52,438 bases of DNA from a virus. Its lineage: Duplodnaviria; Caudoviricetes. A model generated the notes under the pieces. The model was not told the DNA's origin. It saw nothing but the letters and a program-made list of their open reading frames with translations, and made no database searches. The position numbers and the translations under genes were made by a program. The stretch lies in IMG/VR virus record IMGVR_UViG_3300010054_000044, positions 1-52,438 of that record. The stretch is one strand, 5' to 3'. Position 1 is the first letter of the stretch, and the number at the start of each line of letters is the position of its first letter. Below are positions 16,072 to 26,283 of this stretch, piece after piece.

Positions 16072-18885
16072 TTACAGAGCAGCAATAATAAAGGCTAGCA
16101 ACTCTTCATAGCGCACACCGTAACGATTGCCAGCGGAGCGGTACTCCTGCGTGATATTACCATCTTCATCTTTCACTTCAGGCTGCTCTTCCCACTCATC
16201 ATAACAAATGATTCCGTAGCGATTAGCGTCAAGACCTTCGGCGGCAAACGCTTCTGCAACTTCTTGCGCTATCACCCCAATATGGATTCGGGCCTCAGAT
16301 CCTTTCCTATCCACAGCATCACGATAGCGGAATTTTTTAACTAGGCCTTTTAGGCGTTTAGCAACAAGTAATTCCGCTTCGTCTAAACATTCAATGTCTT
16401 GCTTTTCGCGCTTGTCCGACGTATTTATTGTTCCAGTTGATGCGTACAGCTCAGAAAACCTATTCGCTGCTGTGCCAAGCAAGTGCACCCCGTCAACCTC
16501 AGGTCGTGTAATTACGTCGTAGAATCTCAGGGAATTGGTGCTGTTCGCTCTTAATGACCAGAAGTCATTTGAAGACGTTTCTGTGCAGTTATATAATAAC
16601 TGAGCCTCTCTAAACGAATTCGGCGTGGATACTGCTATCCCTGCCGCCGACCCGTTTTCTCCAGTAATTGCCATGGACGTAATAGAATATAATCCACCTT
16701 CGTTCACCCAAAAGTGAGCACTAGGGTTTAGGTTCGCTTGAGTTTCAGCTAATTTGTCATGAAAACGACCAGACAAAGATCCAATTCTTTCGCCCGTCGC
16801 GTGACAAAAAACCGGATTAGCGTCACTACCCCTAAGTGCGGCTCCGCTTTCGTCTTTCAAATATGGAGCAATGCTATTTCTGGAACCAGGGTGGCTAACA
16901 TGGGTAACATTCCTAACCGAACCTATATTAATTTCAACTACATCAGCAGCTTCATCAAACGCGCAAACTTCGGTGAAATTATTATTCCCTGAATACCTAA
17001 CTGTGCTTACTGGGCTGCCTAGTGAGATTGCAGAGTATACTGCATTTTGTGATGCCTGCCCTGTCAGATTGATAGCATGTTTCTCGTTGAGATTGGGTGA
17101 TTGCGTTACGTCATATAGCAACCCAACAAATAAATTGCCGCTGCCCTCTCCGAGTAAAACACCTTCGTTGCAGTGCTTAGACAATACTCCCATTGCTAGG
17201 TTGTAATCAGCGCCATCTACATCAATAGTGGTCTGTCCATACGACAGTGCAACGTTGCTGTTTTCAGCTATCAACGATGAGAGCAGATTGTGCCTAGCAT
17301 CGTTTTTTAGTTCATGTGCATACCCAATGCCGTTCTTAACATCTTTTGCATACATGTTAGAAGCGAATGATGTGTCGGTACGATCAAAAAGCCAACCGAC
17401 TGAAATGTCGCAATCTGGATTCGGAATTAAGTCACAATCTAATAGGCGTACATTTTTAGGTCTGACTCCCGTGCCGCCCGCTATTAATATCCCTGTTCCT
17501 CGCTCATCACCCGCAGCGCCGTAATCAATTACTCTTACATCTCTTATATGTAAATCACTTCCAGAGGCGGCTATTCCGTGCCCAGATCCGTTTCCAGAAA
17601 GCTGGCCCATATCAATAGTGAACCCGGATAGGCTTATGTTGTTTTTTTCTGGCGCATCAAACAGCGTGCCTGTTCCTGTTTTTCTTATGACGGTTTGCGT
17701 GGAACCTGCACCATACATAGTCAGATCTGCTGGAAGCGACTGTTCTGACAATAAATCGTAGACGCCGCCCTTCTCTAACCGATTTGTATATTCGGTTTTT
17801 AAAATTAAATCGGCAATGCTGTCGCCAAACTGACTGGCTCTAGCCATTGAGCCAAACAGCCCCTTCGCCTGCAATCCACTCCCACTTAGATCAATAAAGC
17901 TACCGCCATCATCCGTACCTGTTCCAGCCGCCACAATCTCATAATCATTGCCGCCGCCGTCTCCTGGTGAGTAGTAGCCTAGGGTGCGCACTTTTGCGCC
18001 AACCTGTAGTCCGGCAAACGCCTGCATATCGGCCACGGTGTCAAACACGATGCCGCGACGGTCGATGGCGGCGGGGATAAGCTGCACCCCTGAGCTAGTA
18101 CCCACTTCGTAGGTGTCTAGGTCGTTGGTACGCCACACGCTGCCGTTAAACACCTTCTCAGCACCCACCGTGGTGTTGTAGTAGCGGTCACCTGCATTCG
18201 GTGCGTTACCGAGCGGGTCTAACGTAGGGTCGCTGGCTAGTGCGCCGTAGTACGCGCCGCGAATCAAGTTCCAGGTATTGGCAGCAGAATTCTTGTGCTC
18301 TTCGGCGGTATTGCGGTAATCCAGCGTGGTATCACGAGCAGTAAGCGTTTTGTCGCGGTAGCCCTTGGTGGTATCTCGCGCCGTCAAGGTGGTGTCGCGG
18401 GCAGCGAGCGTGGTGTCTCGTGCCGATAGCGTGGTGTCGCGGGCGGCTTCGGTGGCAGCCTTGGCGTTTTCGATATCCACCACGTTAACGCCCAGGCTCC
18501 AGTTCGCGGCATTGAACGTGGCCCCGCTGGTCATGCGTGATCGCGAAACGTACAGGTTCTTGGTGTCCGGGTCGCGCACCACGTCATTAATGAAATAGTC
18601 AGTGTTTGGCGTCCAATCGCCGCGCCAAGTAAATCCGTCTAGCAGCGCTAGCTTGCCGTCTTTATCGAACCCTACCACTTTGTTGCGCCGCTGCAGGGCA
18701 TTGGCCTCAATCTCTTGGCTGGCACTTTCATCCGGCAGCTTGAGTGCGCGAGAGGTATCTACCTTGACTTTGCCAAGAGCGGTGGCGACCTCGTCAAACT
18801 TATAGTCAACGGATGATGACTCAACGGTGGTGCCGGGCTGAAAGCGCTGGGCGGGGTCTGAGTTGTCGTAGTACGGTTCAGTCAT
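16072..18885 (-). CDS. Tailspike/tail fiber with beta-helix domain and C-terminal intramolecular chaperone (peptidase S74)
   Basis: VRTLGYYSPGDGGG, beta-helix-like G/I/N-rich core, GTINTSDKREK...GVIAQEV...YGVRYEELLAF. Confidence 0.85.
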   Translation of the reverse strand: MTEPYYDNSDPAQRFQPGTTVESSSVDYKFDEVATALGKVKVDTSRALKLPDESASQEIEANALQRRNKVVGFDKDGKLALLDGFTWRGDWTPNTDYFINDVVRDPDTKNLYVSRSRMTSGATFNAANWSLGVNVVDIENAKAATEAARDTTLSARDTTLAARDTTLTARDTTKGYRDKTLTARDTTLDYRNTAEEHKNSAANTWNLIRGAYYGALASDPTLDPLGNAPNAGDRYYNTTVGAEKVFNGSVWRTNDLDTYEVGTSSGVQLIPAAIDRRGIVFDTVADMQAFAGLQVGAKVRTLGYYSPGDGGGNDYEIVAAGTGTDDGGSFIDLSGSGLQAKGLFGSMARASQFGDSIADLILKTEYTNRLEKGGVYDLLSEQSLPADLTMYGAGSTQTVIRKTGTGTLFDAPEKNNISLSGFTIDMGQLSGNGSGHGIAASGSDLHIRDVRVIDYGAAGDERGTGILIAGGTGVRPKNVRLLDCDLIPNPDCDISVGWLFDRTDTSFASNMYAKDVKNGIGYAHELKNDARHNLLSSLIAENSNVALSYGQTTIDVDGADYNLAMGVLSKHCNEGVLLGEGSGNLFVGLLYDVTQSPNLNEKHAINLTGQASQNAVYSAISLGSPVSTVRYSGNNNFTEVCAFDEAADVVEINIGSVRNVTHVSHPGSRNSIAPYLKDESGAALRGSDANPVFCHATGERIGSLSGRFHDKLAETQANLNPSAHFWVNEGGLYSITSMAITGENGSAAGIAVSTPNSFREAQLLYNCTETSSNDFWSLRANSTNSLRFYDVITRPEVDGVHLLGTAANRFSELYASTGTINTSDKREKQDIECLDEAELLVAKRLKGLVKKFRYRDAVDRKGSEARIHIGVIAQEVAEAFAAEGLDANRYGIICYDEWEEQPEVKDEDGNITQEYRSAGNRYGVRYEELLAFIIAAL
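18320..18445 (-). repeat. 21-nt (ARDTTLx) heptad repeats in tailspike neck
   Basis: ARDTTLS-ARDTTLA-ARDTTLT-ARDTTKG...ARDTTLD. Confidence 0.8.
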
Positions 18886-18915
18886 GGGAAACCCTCTCGG
18901 CTTGCCAGTGGTGGT

Positions 18916-20739
18916 TTATCCGCGACGGTGGCGTCGCTGTTCGAAATGAATGTCGTAGCCCAGTATTTCGTGGGGGTCGCTGTCAGAGTTGGAGTAGATG
19001 GCGAAGTTAATGGCGGTACCGGTGCCGCTGACGTTCATCGGCTCCTGGCCAAGCGAAGGCGACGACCAGTTGAATTGGCCCCAGTTGTCGATATCCCATA
19101 AACCGCCGCCCAGCAGGAATTGAATGAACTCGCGCCGTGGTGTCGCGGTTTCTACGCGCCCGTAGTCGAAGTCGGTCAGGATGGAGATATTGGCGTTGGA
19201 GCCTGAGCGCACGTCCCAAAACACGCGGCGGAATCGCTTGCGGATGCTTGGGCTTTTCAGCGTGTTGTAGGCCAGCGTTAGAAACGATTCGATAGGCGCG
19301 CCGTTGAAGCTGGTGGCGTTATTGTCCAGGCGGTAGACGTTGCCTTGATCATCCCCGAATAGCAGCACTTCGGCCCCGTTGTCGCGCTCGCCGCTGTGCG
19401 CCACTTCAACCTGAGCCGGGAAGCGCACGGTGGTAATGCCGGTTGGGCTCATGTACACGCCGGTACCGTTGTCGAACCACACACGGTACTGTGCCCGCTG
19501 CTTACTGATCGCCGAGGCTTTAACCCGGGTGAACAGCCGCTCCTGCAGAAAGATCGGCTCGACTTGGTAGCCTTGCTGCATGGGCCGGAAGTCACCGTAA
19601 GCATTTGTGGCTTCAAGGCTGCCGATGCCGCGCTCTGCGATGAAGTACGGCTGCATCAGGCTTTGCCCGCTGTAGGGTCGAGCGCCGCTAGTGGGTACCG
19701 TCACCTCTAGCCGCCAATCTGCTGTACTGGAGCCATACAGGGTTTGAATGGTATCGCGGCACAGCACATGCAGTACGCCACCACGGCCCAGCACTAGGCC
19801 GGTGAGCGTTTGGCCCACTGCTATTTCGCCAGCGCCGCCGGTAGAGGCATCCCACTCGGCAGGCTTGCCCAGCTCGGAATGTTGAATGCTGCCCTCGGCA
19901 AAGCCTAAAAATAGGTGGTTCTTGAAGAGCTCAATGTACAAGGCACCGCTGGGGGCGGCAGTTAGCTCGGTGTGAGCGAGTGTCTTATCCGGCACCATCA
20001 TGCTCATTTGCGGCAGGTTGCCCACGGTAAACGTCACGCGCTCAATGGTGTTTGGGTCAAGCCCTGCCAGGTCAATCGTCATTTCCGTGGTGGCGGTGCC
20101 GTCCCCTGTTACGTCAGCAGGCGATAGCAAAGCCGTACCGTCGCGGCCTTGCACCGTAGCGCCGGTAATGTTGCGCCCCTTGGCATCCTTGAGGGTGAGT
20201 ACGTCTGTTGCATTGGCAAAGGTGACGCCATCGGCAAAGTGGCTTTCCATCGCAGTGACCAGCGCCGTGATAGAGGCGTAATCCGCCGCCTCGGCAGCAG
20301 GCAGGGCCAGCGAGAATGGCTTGCCTCCACCCACACCATACAAACGGCGTCCGCCTTCGGTGCCTGTCACGTTGCCTTCCGTCCACTCATGGCGGCCTAG
20401 ATGCACCTCGGCCATGAAGCGCCACGCCTCGCTCTCGCCCTCACCTTCCAGCACGTACAGCGCGGCCCATTCGGTAGGGTCGCCGCCTTCCTCCTCGGCG
20501 GGAATATCCACCTGCTGCCGCACCGCTAGCTCGTAGCTGCCAAACGACACCACGCCGAGCATCGGGCCAGTGCCCGGCACTTCCAGGCCGATTTGCGTAT
20601 ACCCTTCAATGCGCCGATAACCGCCTGTGACCGGGCAGTCGTAGTTGACGGCTGACAGGCACGCACCGGGGGCTAGCTGTGCAGGGGGCGTGACAAGATC
20701 AATGCCGCCGCCGAGGGGGACATAGGCGTTAGTGCTCAT
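18916..20739 (-). CDS. Tail nozzle / tail tubular protein B-like
   Basis: GGIDL...GGYRRIEGY N-terminus, beta-rich, position after the adaptor. Confidence 0.6.
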   Translation of the reverse strand: MSTNAYVPLGGGIDLVTPPAQLAPGACLSAVNYDCPVTGGYRRIEGYTQIGLEVPGTGPMLGVVSFGSYELAVRQQVDIPAEEEGGDPTEWAALYVLEGEGESEAWRFMAEVHLGRHEWTEGNVTGTEGGRRLYGVGGGKPFSLALPAAEAADYASITALVTAMESHFADGVTFANATDVLTLKDAKGRNITGATVQGRDGTALLSPADVTGDGTATTEMTIDLAGLDPNTIERVTFTVGNLPQMSMMVPDKTLAHTELTAAPSGALYIELFKNHLFLGFAEGSIQHSELGKPAEWDASTGGAGEIAVGQTLTGLVLGRGGVLHVLCRDTIQTLYGSSTADWRLEVTVPTSGARPYSGQSLMQPYFIAERGIGSLEATNAYGDFRPMQQGYQVEPIFLQERLFTRVKASAISKQRAQYRVWFDNGTGVYMSPTGITTVRFPAQVEVAHSGERDNGAEVLLFGDDQGNVYRLDNNATSFNGAPIESFLTLAYNTLKSPSIRKRFRRVFWDVRSGSNANISILTDFDYGRVETATPRREFIQFLLGGGLWDIDNWGQFNWSSPSLGQEPMNVSGTGTAINFAIYSNSDSDPHEILGYDIHFEQRRHRRG

Positions 20740-21350
20740 GCCAGTGCCTCCCCTGTGCTAATCGGGGGTAGCTCGGTGGCGGCCACGCGCATCATCACCT
20801 CCCGGTAATTAGCGCTCGCCTGCTGCACGACTTCGGGGGCATTCTCGTAAAGCCCGTACTGCAGCATGGCGCGGTAAACAATCGCCATGTGATAGCGCGG
20901 CGGCATACGCGGCACATCGTTGTTGTTCTCCAATTCCTGCGGAGTGCGCCAGTATTCAAACTGCAGCGCACCAGAGGTGTTGGGCGCGGCGTTAAGGTGA
21001 AGCACTCCGTCCGGCGCAATCGCCGTGCATGTAAAGTGGTCGTTAGCGGCGTAGCGCAGCTCTTCCCACGGCAAGACGCGAATCACTTGGCTGCCGAAAC
21101 GCAGGGTATCCGCTGCCCAGGCTTCAAAGTCCTCGGGCAGCGGGTATTGGGTGTCCTCGGTGTTTAGATCCACCTGCCCAAGCGACCAATCAAACCGCCA
21201 GCGGCGTTCTAGCTGAATTTCCCGCCACGCGGTTTTCACCCAGCCGATCAGGCGTGCGTATTCCCCGGACTGACCGGCCACGTTGGCAGGGCCGTTCCCG
21301 GCTGCGCCAACTTCTTGGCGTAGCCGTTGGCACAATTCCAGGAACGTCAT
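20736..21350 (-). CDS. Head-tail adaptor / tail tubular protein A-like
   Basis: MTFLELCQRLRQEVG, W.F.W, P..P..YH.AIVY pattern. Confidence 0.65.
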   Translation of the reverse strand: MTFLELCQRLRQEVGAAGNGPANVAGQSGEYARLIGWVKTAWREIQLERRWRFDWSLGQVDLNTEDTQYPLPEDFEAWAADTLRFGSQVIRVLPWEELRYAANDHFTCTAIAPDGVLHLNAAPNTSGALQFEYWRTPQELENNNDVPRMPPRYHMAIVYRAMLQYGLYENAPEVVQQASANYREVMMRVAATELPPISTGEALA

Positions 21351-21353
21351 GGC

Positions 21354-21764
21354 TTACTCCACTTCGCGCACGATCTGGAAGGGGTAGGCCAAGACTTCGG
21401 TGCGGCTCATATCCTTGGGGTCGTACTCGTAGCGGTTGGCGTTTTTCAGCACCTCGACCACGGATTCAGGCACGATGACGTTTTTGCCGCGCTGAATGGC
21501 CCACATCTTGCCGTTCACGCCCACGGGCACCGGCTGCTTATCCTTGCCATCGGTTTGAATGATGATCTCAAAGCGCTTTTCTTTGGTGCTTTCAGCGGTG
21601 CTTGGTGCCGTATTCAGCTCTGGTGCTGGCGGCTCGCCTAGTGCTTCACGCAGCTTGTTACGCAGCGTGTCGTCGCTGGCGTTGTGTGCAAACTTAACGC
21701 CCAGGTCGTTGGCGGTTTGCTCCAGCGTGGCGCGGTCCATGGTGTTGACGTTGACTTCTGACAT
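21354..21764 (-). CDS. Conserved post-capsid hypothetical protein
   Basis: PVPVGVNG...IQRG..V.VP..VVEVL motif; RBS hairpin. Confidence 0.65.
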   Translation of the reverse strand: MSEVNVNTMDRATLEQTANDLGVKFAHNASDDTLRNKLREALGEPPAPELNTAPSTAESTKEKRFEIIIQTDGKDKQPVPVGVNGKMWAIQRGKNVIVPESVVEVLKNANRYEYDPKDMSRTEVLAYPFQIVREVE

Positions 21765-21791
21765 TGCGGTTACCTCACGGTAAGCGGAAAT

Positions 21792-21818
21792 AAAAAGCCC
21801 CAGCGGATGCCGGGGCTT
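21792..21818 (-). terminator. Terminator after major capsid gene
   Basis: AAGCCCCGG...CTGGGGCTTTTT on the minus strand. Confidence 0.75.
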
Positions 21819-21834
21819 GAGGGGTGGTTAGGGG

Positions 21835-22827
21835 TTACGCCAGCTCGGAAGCAGCGACTTCCAATCGGGCCAGCCATGCTTCGTTAAGCACCTTGGCCAC
21901 GAAGTAGGTTTTCCAGCCTACGGAGCCACGCTGGCCGAGCGGATCGCCGCCACGCGGGGTATCCGGGTTCAGCACCTTGGGCGTGACCGCGTTCTTGCCT
22001 TTCAGCGGCACCAGGCCGTAGGACTCTTTGGCGATGTACACTACGGGGTATACGTCTGCGTTGGTGCCAGTGGTAGACACCATGCTGCCTGCAGTGCCGC
22101 CCGCGTCGGCGAACTTGTCCAGCACGGGGGAAAGCACGTAGCGCACGTCCTCGACCTTGCCGATCTCATACGGTAGCGCCTTCATGCTTCCGTACTTCTC
22201 GGTGGGAACGAAGCCGACCATGTCTCGAATATCCGCTTCGAGGTCGGTATGTGCGAACGCGACAAACGCGGCATCAACCGGCTCGGTGGAGTAGTTGGGA
22301 GAGCTGCCCACCATGCTGGTAACTTTCTTGGCGCGCTGGGCTTTCAGTGCGCGAGTGATAGCGCGCTGCTTAGCCAGGCTAATCTTGGTGTTCACCGCTG
22401 AGCGGGCTGCGCCGTTGGCATAGAACACGTTGGTGCCTGCACGAATGGCACCCCAGGTCTGCACCTCGACGGTTTCCGCTGCTTGCTCACCGCACAGCAT
22501 GGAAGCGTCAGACAGCACCGGGTCTTCGGCCAAGTCGTTGACCACATCGGTGATTTCAACCCAAGCGCCCCACTGCTTGAGCTGTACTTCCACGTCCTCG
22601 TACTGCATTTGCTGCGCAGTCGGGGTGACGCCCTCAGCCAGCGGGGTGTTAGGGATGTTGAACGGCACCGGGCGGCGGAACTTCACCGTATCGGCTTTGT
22701 TCTTCGGCATCGGCTTGGATTGGCCGAATTTAGACAGAACCAAGATGGGCTCGGCATGAGCCAGCATTTCAGCGGCGGCCCAGGCAGCAGTACGCTGCGA
22801 GATAGAGCCATAAGTAGTTGTAGCCAT
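21835..22827 (-). CDS. Major capsid protein, N4-gp56 family
   Basis: LSKFGQ.K.MPKN...VKFRR, PLAEGVTP, EIG.VEDVR, DPLGQRGSVGWK. Confidence 0.9.
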   Translation of the reverse strand: MATTTYGSISQRTAAWAAAEMLAHAEPILVLSKFGQSKPMPKNKADTVKFRRPVPFNIPNTPLAEGVTPTAQQMQYEDVEVQLKQWGAWVEITDVVNDLAEDPVLSDASMLCGEQAAETVEVQTWGAIRAGTNVFYANGAARSAVNTKISLAKQRAITRALKAQRAKKVTSMVGSSPNYSTEPVDAAFVAFAHTDLEADIRDMVGFVPTEKYGSMKALPYEIGKVEDVRYVLSPVLDKFADAGGTAGSMVSTTGTNADVYPVVYIAKESYGLVPLKGKNAVTPKVLNPDTPRGGDPLGQRGSVGWKTYFVAKVLNEAWLARLEVAASELA

Positions 22828-22853
22828 TGCGTGTTACCTCACGGTAAGAAGGA

Positions 22854-23750
22854 TTAGCGTTGCCGCGCTTTTTTGGCGGCGTAGTGTTCAAAGGCGGCAT
22901 CGAAGTCGTCTGGCGTGCCCCGCTGTTGAGCGGCCCCTCGGCGGCTCACGGTTTGGGCGTTCGCTAGTCGGCTCTGCCGTTTGTCGTGCTGAGTGGCACG
23001 GCTGTTATCGCCCGGCAGGTTGCCCTTGTAGAAATCGAGGAGCGCGGATGCGTCGTCGGCGCTTTCGCTTCCCGCAAGCTGCTGGATAGCCGGGTTCTGG
23101 TCTTGCAGCCATGACTGAAACTCAGGGGCATTGACCACGTCACGCCAATCGCTGTGCCGGCTTTCGAGGCGGGCGTATTCCGATTGAAGCTGCTGTTCAT
23201 GCGCCTGTTGCTGGATGGGCTGCACTGCGGATTGCAGCTGCTGGAGCTGCTGTTCTAACTGCGCCTGCCGCTGCTGGTCTGCTTTCAGACGAGCTTCGAA
23301 GGCGCGGGCCATGTCGGGAAAGTCCTCCTTAAAAGCGTCCCAATCGTCACTGCCCATCTCTTGGGCAGCTTCGTCGCGGCGCTCGTCGTCGGATTTTTCC
23401 CGGCCATCGGCGTGCTGGGTGTGCTGCTGGCGTTGCTGTAGCTGCGATTGCAGGTCGTTAATCTGTCGTTGGTACGCGCCCAGGCGGCCGCGCTGACTGG
23501 CCTCAGAGTGCTTGAGCTTCTGGTTTTCCTGCTCGAGCGCGCTTAGGCGTTCGTTAATGTCCGGCTCAGGCTGGGCGGCTTCTTCTTCCTCGCCCTCTGG
23601 GTCCGGCTCTTGCCCTGACTCCTGGTCGCGGTGGTACTCGTCGCGCTCATCGGGCGCCTTGGTCTTTCCGGCATACTCGTCAAACGCGCTCTCGAAGTCG
23701 TCTTGAGTATCCTGCGGCTCTTTATCAAGCGGCTGGTTCTCGGTGCTCAT
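22854..23750 (-). CDS. Scaffolding protein
   Basis: Acidic, Gln-rich coiled coil between portal and capsid genes. Confidence 0.7.
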   Translation of the reverse strand: MSTENQPLDKEPQDTQDDFESAFDEYAGKTKAPDERDEYHRDQESGQEPDPEGEEEEAAQPEPDINERLSALEQENQKLKHSEASQRGRLGAYQRQINDLQSQLQQRQQHTQHADGREKSDDERRDEAAQEMGSDDWDAFKEDFPDMARAFEARLKADQQRQAQLEQQLQQLQSAVQPIQQQAHEQQLQSEYARLESRHSDWRDVVNAPEFQSWLQDQNPAIQQLAGSESADDASALLDFYKGNLPGDNSRATQHDKRQSRLANAQTVSRRGAAQQRGTPDDFDAAFEHYAAKKARQR

Positions 23751-23811
23751 GTAGCGGTTCTCCCGAACGGCTGTGGCGTCTCACGACGCGGTTGGCCTGC
23801 GTGCAGGCAAT

Positions 23812-23835
23812 AAAAAACCCGCTCGGTGGCGGGTT
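23812..23835 (-). terminator. Terminator upstream of scaffold gene
   Basis: AACCCGC-CACCGA-GCGGGTTTTTT. Confidence 0.7.
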
Positions 23836-24037
23836 AGTAATCGGTATCAGGTAGCGGCTCTCGCTTGGGCGTGTCGTCCGCGTTAGCAATCAGGTCATCA
23901 ATGACGCGAATCTCCCCGCGCAACTTATCGTCGTTGGGGCTGCCGTTAATCAGCGACTCAACGCACTGCTGGCGGCGATCCTGCAGCCATTGGGTCACGG
24001 CTTGCCAAGTGCCTGAGTGGCGGTCGAGGTTATCCAT
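23834..24037 (-). CDS. Small conserved post-portal protein
   Basis: LRGEIR motif; overlaps the portal stop. Confidence 0.6.
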   Translation of the reverse strand: MDNLDRHSGTWQAVTQWLQDRRQQCVESLINGSPNDDKLRGEIRVIDDLIANADDTPKREPLPDTDY

Positions 24038-26282
24038 AGGAATCGTACCCTTGAGCCATGTTGTCACGGCGCGCCATGCGGTCGTTCTGCCGCTCGGTAA
24101 GCTCGGCGGCTTTCACGTCGCGCTGGTTTTGTAGCTGGGCGGCGGTCTTGCGCATTTCTAGCTCTAGCTTCTGGCTTTCCAATCCGGCCTTCTGCTCAAG
24201 CTGCGCTAGGGTAATGCCCTCTTTCAGCGCGATCTCTAAGCGCGTCTTTTCCTGCTCGGTTTGCAGTTCGGCGGCTTTATACTGCTGCTCAAACTGTTGT
24301 TGCTGCGCCTTCATCTGGCTCTCTTGCTGCCACTGTTGGGCTTTTAGCTCTAGCTCCTGCTGGCGTAGCTGTAGCTCTTGCATCTTGATCTGAAGCTCTG
24401 GCGGCGGGCCTTCCTCGCCCTGGCCTTGTTGACGCTGCTCTAGCTCCTCGTCGGTGTACGTCACAGTATCGACCGGCACCTGCAGCGTGCGCAGGATCTC
24501 CTTGTACAGCCCTTGCCAGTTGGTTAGCTCGGCAAAGATGGGGTTATTGGCCGCCACTTGAGACAGCATCATCAGCTTCTCTTGCTGCTCCTCACGGGCA
24601 ATCAAAACGCTGGTACCCTTAGCCACCACGTCGAAGTCGCCTTTTATCTCGGCGCGGTCGGTGTACATCATGTGGTAGTCGTAAAACCGGCGAACAGTCG
24701 GCACGCTAATACCGTCATCGAAGTTCTTCACGGCTGAGCGCAGCACGATGTTGGAGTTATTCATCAACATCTGCATGCCGGTCGCCGTTCTGGCACCGGG
24801 ACCGCCGCTCATGCCCTCGCCCTGCAGTAGCACCGGCAGGTTGGTTTCGGTGTCGGCCAGTTCTTGTGCCATGTTGAAGATGGCGGCCATATCGGCTTGG
24901 TTGTTCTGGATTTGCACTGACAGGAACGCTTGATCGATGGGCGCATCGCCGGTGTATTCCCACACCTTGTTACTGCGAATCGTCCAATCGCCGTCTTTAG
25001 GAGTGACAGCGCGCTTGTTGACGACGATCTGCGGGCCAGCAGATAACCCAGCGTTGTCCATCATCATGCGCCAAGCAGCGTTGACCACCTTCTGTGGCTG
25101 CCGCATCAGGTACGGCACGCCAAAGCCGAAAATGGTGGAGCTATCCTCCTCCCAATTAAACACGCTGTAGGGCAAATCGTCGGTTTCCAGCGGGTTCAGC
25201 GCGGCCTTGATAACATGGTTGCCGACCATCAGCACGCAGCCGGTGTATTCGACCAGCGGATCATCGTCTACATCGCAGCCGCACGCCTCTAACTCTTCCT
25301 TGTCCAGCGGCCCCCAATATTCCCAGAGTTCGTAACGGGCATCGCTGACGACGGTATCTACGCCAGTAATGGCACGCATCTCGTCGCGGCGGTCGTGGGA
25401 AATGTGGTGGCCGTCTTTATCTTCCAGCGCTCGGCGCAGCTGGGGCAGCATCACGCCGGGTAGGTCGGCTAGGTCGCGTAGCTGCTTACGGTTGAGCAGC
25501 TTGCGCTCGAACACGAACTCGGCCTCACTCATCTTGGCCGCTGACATATCGGGGAAGAAATCCCAAGGGTCTACACGCTCGACCGCTGGCCGGAACTCCT
25601 CTTGAATCTCCATCACGCTCTGGCCGGTGCTGGGGTCGGTCATCCAAGCGCGGCGGGTGCGGTTCACAATGGCCGGGCCTTTCAGAATACCGGTGCCTAG
25701 AATGCAGGCGTCCTCGATCACGTCGCGGGTATGGGCGTTATAGCGGCTCTCCGCAAAATCGTCCTCGATCTGCTTCTGCATTTGCCGTGCGGCATCATCG
25801 GCAATCGCCTGCGGGTCGGACTGGCCTTGCATCTCTGGCGGCATGCCTTGCGGCATTATTCCCGGCTGCTGCATATCAGCCTGCATCATGCCCTGCTGCT
25901 TGCTCATCGCCGGTACGGGCGTGGGCTTGATGCCGAAGTTGGTGTCGTCGTTGGGCAGCAACATATCGCTAAGGCGTGCAATCGCTGCCCGCGTTTTGTT
26001 GCGCGTAATATTGACGAACACCTGGCTGCCGCCTTTCTGGCGCATGCGGCTCATTTGATCTTCGGTGTACTTGCCGTTGTATTGGCGCAAGTCTTCCAGC
26101 CAGCGGGTTTCGATCTGCTCCTTTGCGGCCACCTGCTCATGGGCCAAGCGATGCAGCTTGGAGCCCAGCATGTTCAGCTCCTCTTCCTGCTGCTGGCGTA
26201 GCGCCTCGCGCTCGTCGGCGTCTAGCTCAACGGGCGCTGTGTCTTGCTCGTCTGCCATCTCGGCAGTCGTGGGGTTTTGCAT
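24030..26282 (-). CDS. Portal protein
   Basis: 750 aa after terL; VDPWDFFPD, FGFGVP, TATGM motifs; Gln-rich C-terminal barrel. Confidence 0.85.
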   Translation of the reverse strand: MQNPTTAEMADEQDTAPVELDADEREALRQQQEEELNMLGSKLHRLAHEQVAAKEQIETRWLEDLRQYNGKYTEDQMSRMRQKGGSQVFVNITRNKTRAAIARLSDMLLPNDDTNFGIKPTPVPAMSKQQGMMQADMQQPGIMPQGMPPEMQGQSDPQAIADDAARQMQKQIEDDFAESRYNAHTRDVIEDACILGTGILKGPAIVNRTRRAWMTDPSTGQSVMEIQEEFRPAVERVDPWDFFPDMSAAKMSEAEFVFERKLLNRKQLRDLADLPGVMLPQLRRALEDKDGHHISHDRRDEMRAITGVDTVVSDARYELWEYWGPLDKEELEACGCDVDDDPLVEYTGCVLMVGNHVIKAALNPLETDDLPYSVFNWEEDSSTIFGFGVPYLMRQPQKVVNAAWRMMMDNAGLSAGPQIVVNKRAVTPKDGDWTIRSNKVWEYTGDAPIDQAFLSVQIQNNQADMAAIFNMAQELADTETNLPVLLQGEGMSGGPGARTATGMQMLMNNSNIVLRSAVKNFDDGISVPTVRRFYDYHMMYTDRAEIKGDFDVVAKGTSVLIAREEQQEKLMMLSQVAANNPIFAELTNWQGLYKEILRTLQVPVDTVTYTDEELEQRQQGQGEEGPPPELQIKMQELQLRQQELELKAQQWQQESQMKAQQQQFEQQYKAAELQTEQEKTRLEIALKEGITLAQLEQKAGLESQKLELEMRKTAAQLQNQRDVKAAELTERQNDRMARRDNMAQGYDSYG

Positions 26283-26283
26283 G

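Noticed and set aside
16072-18885. Diversity-generating retroelement or invertase acting on the tail gene
   Set aside because: No reverse transcriptase, invertase or template repeat seen in the window
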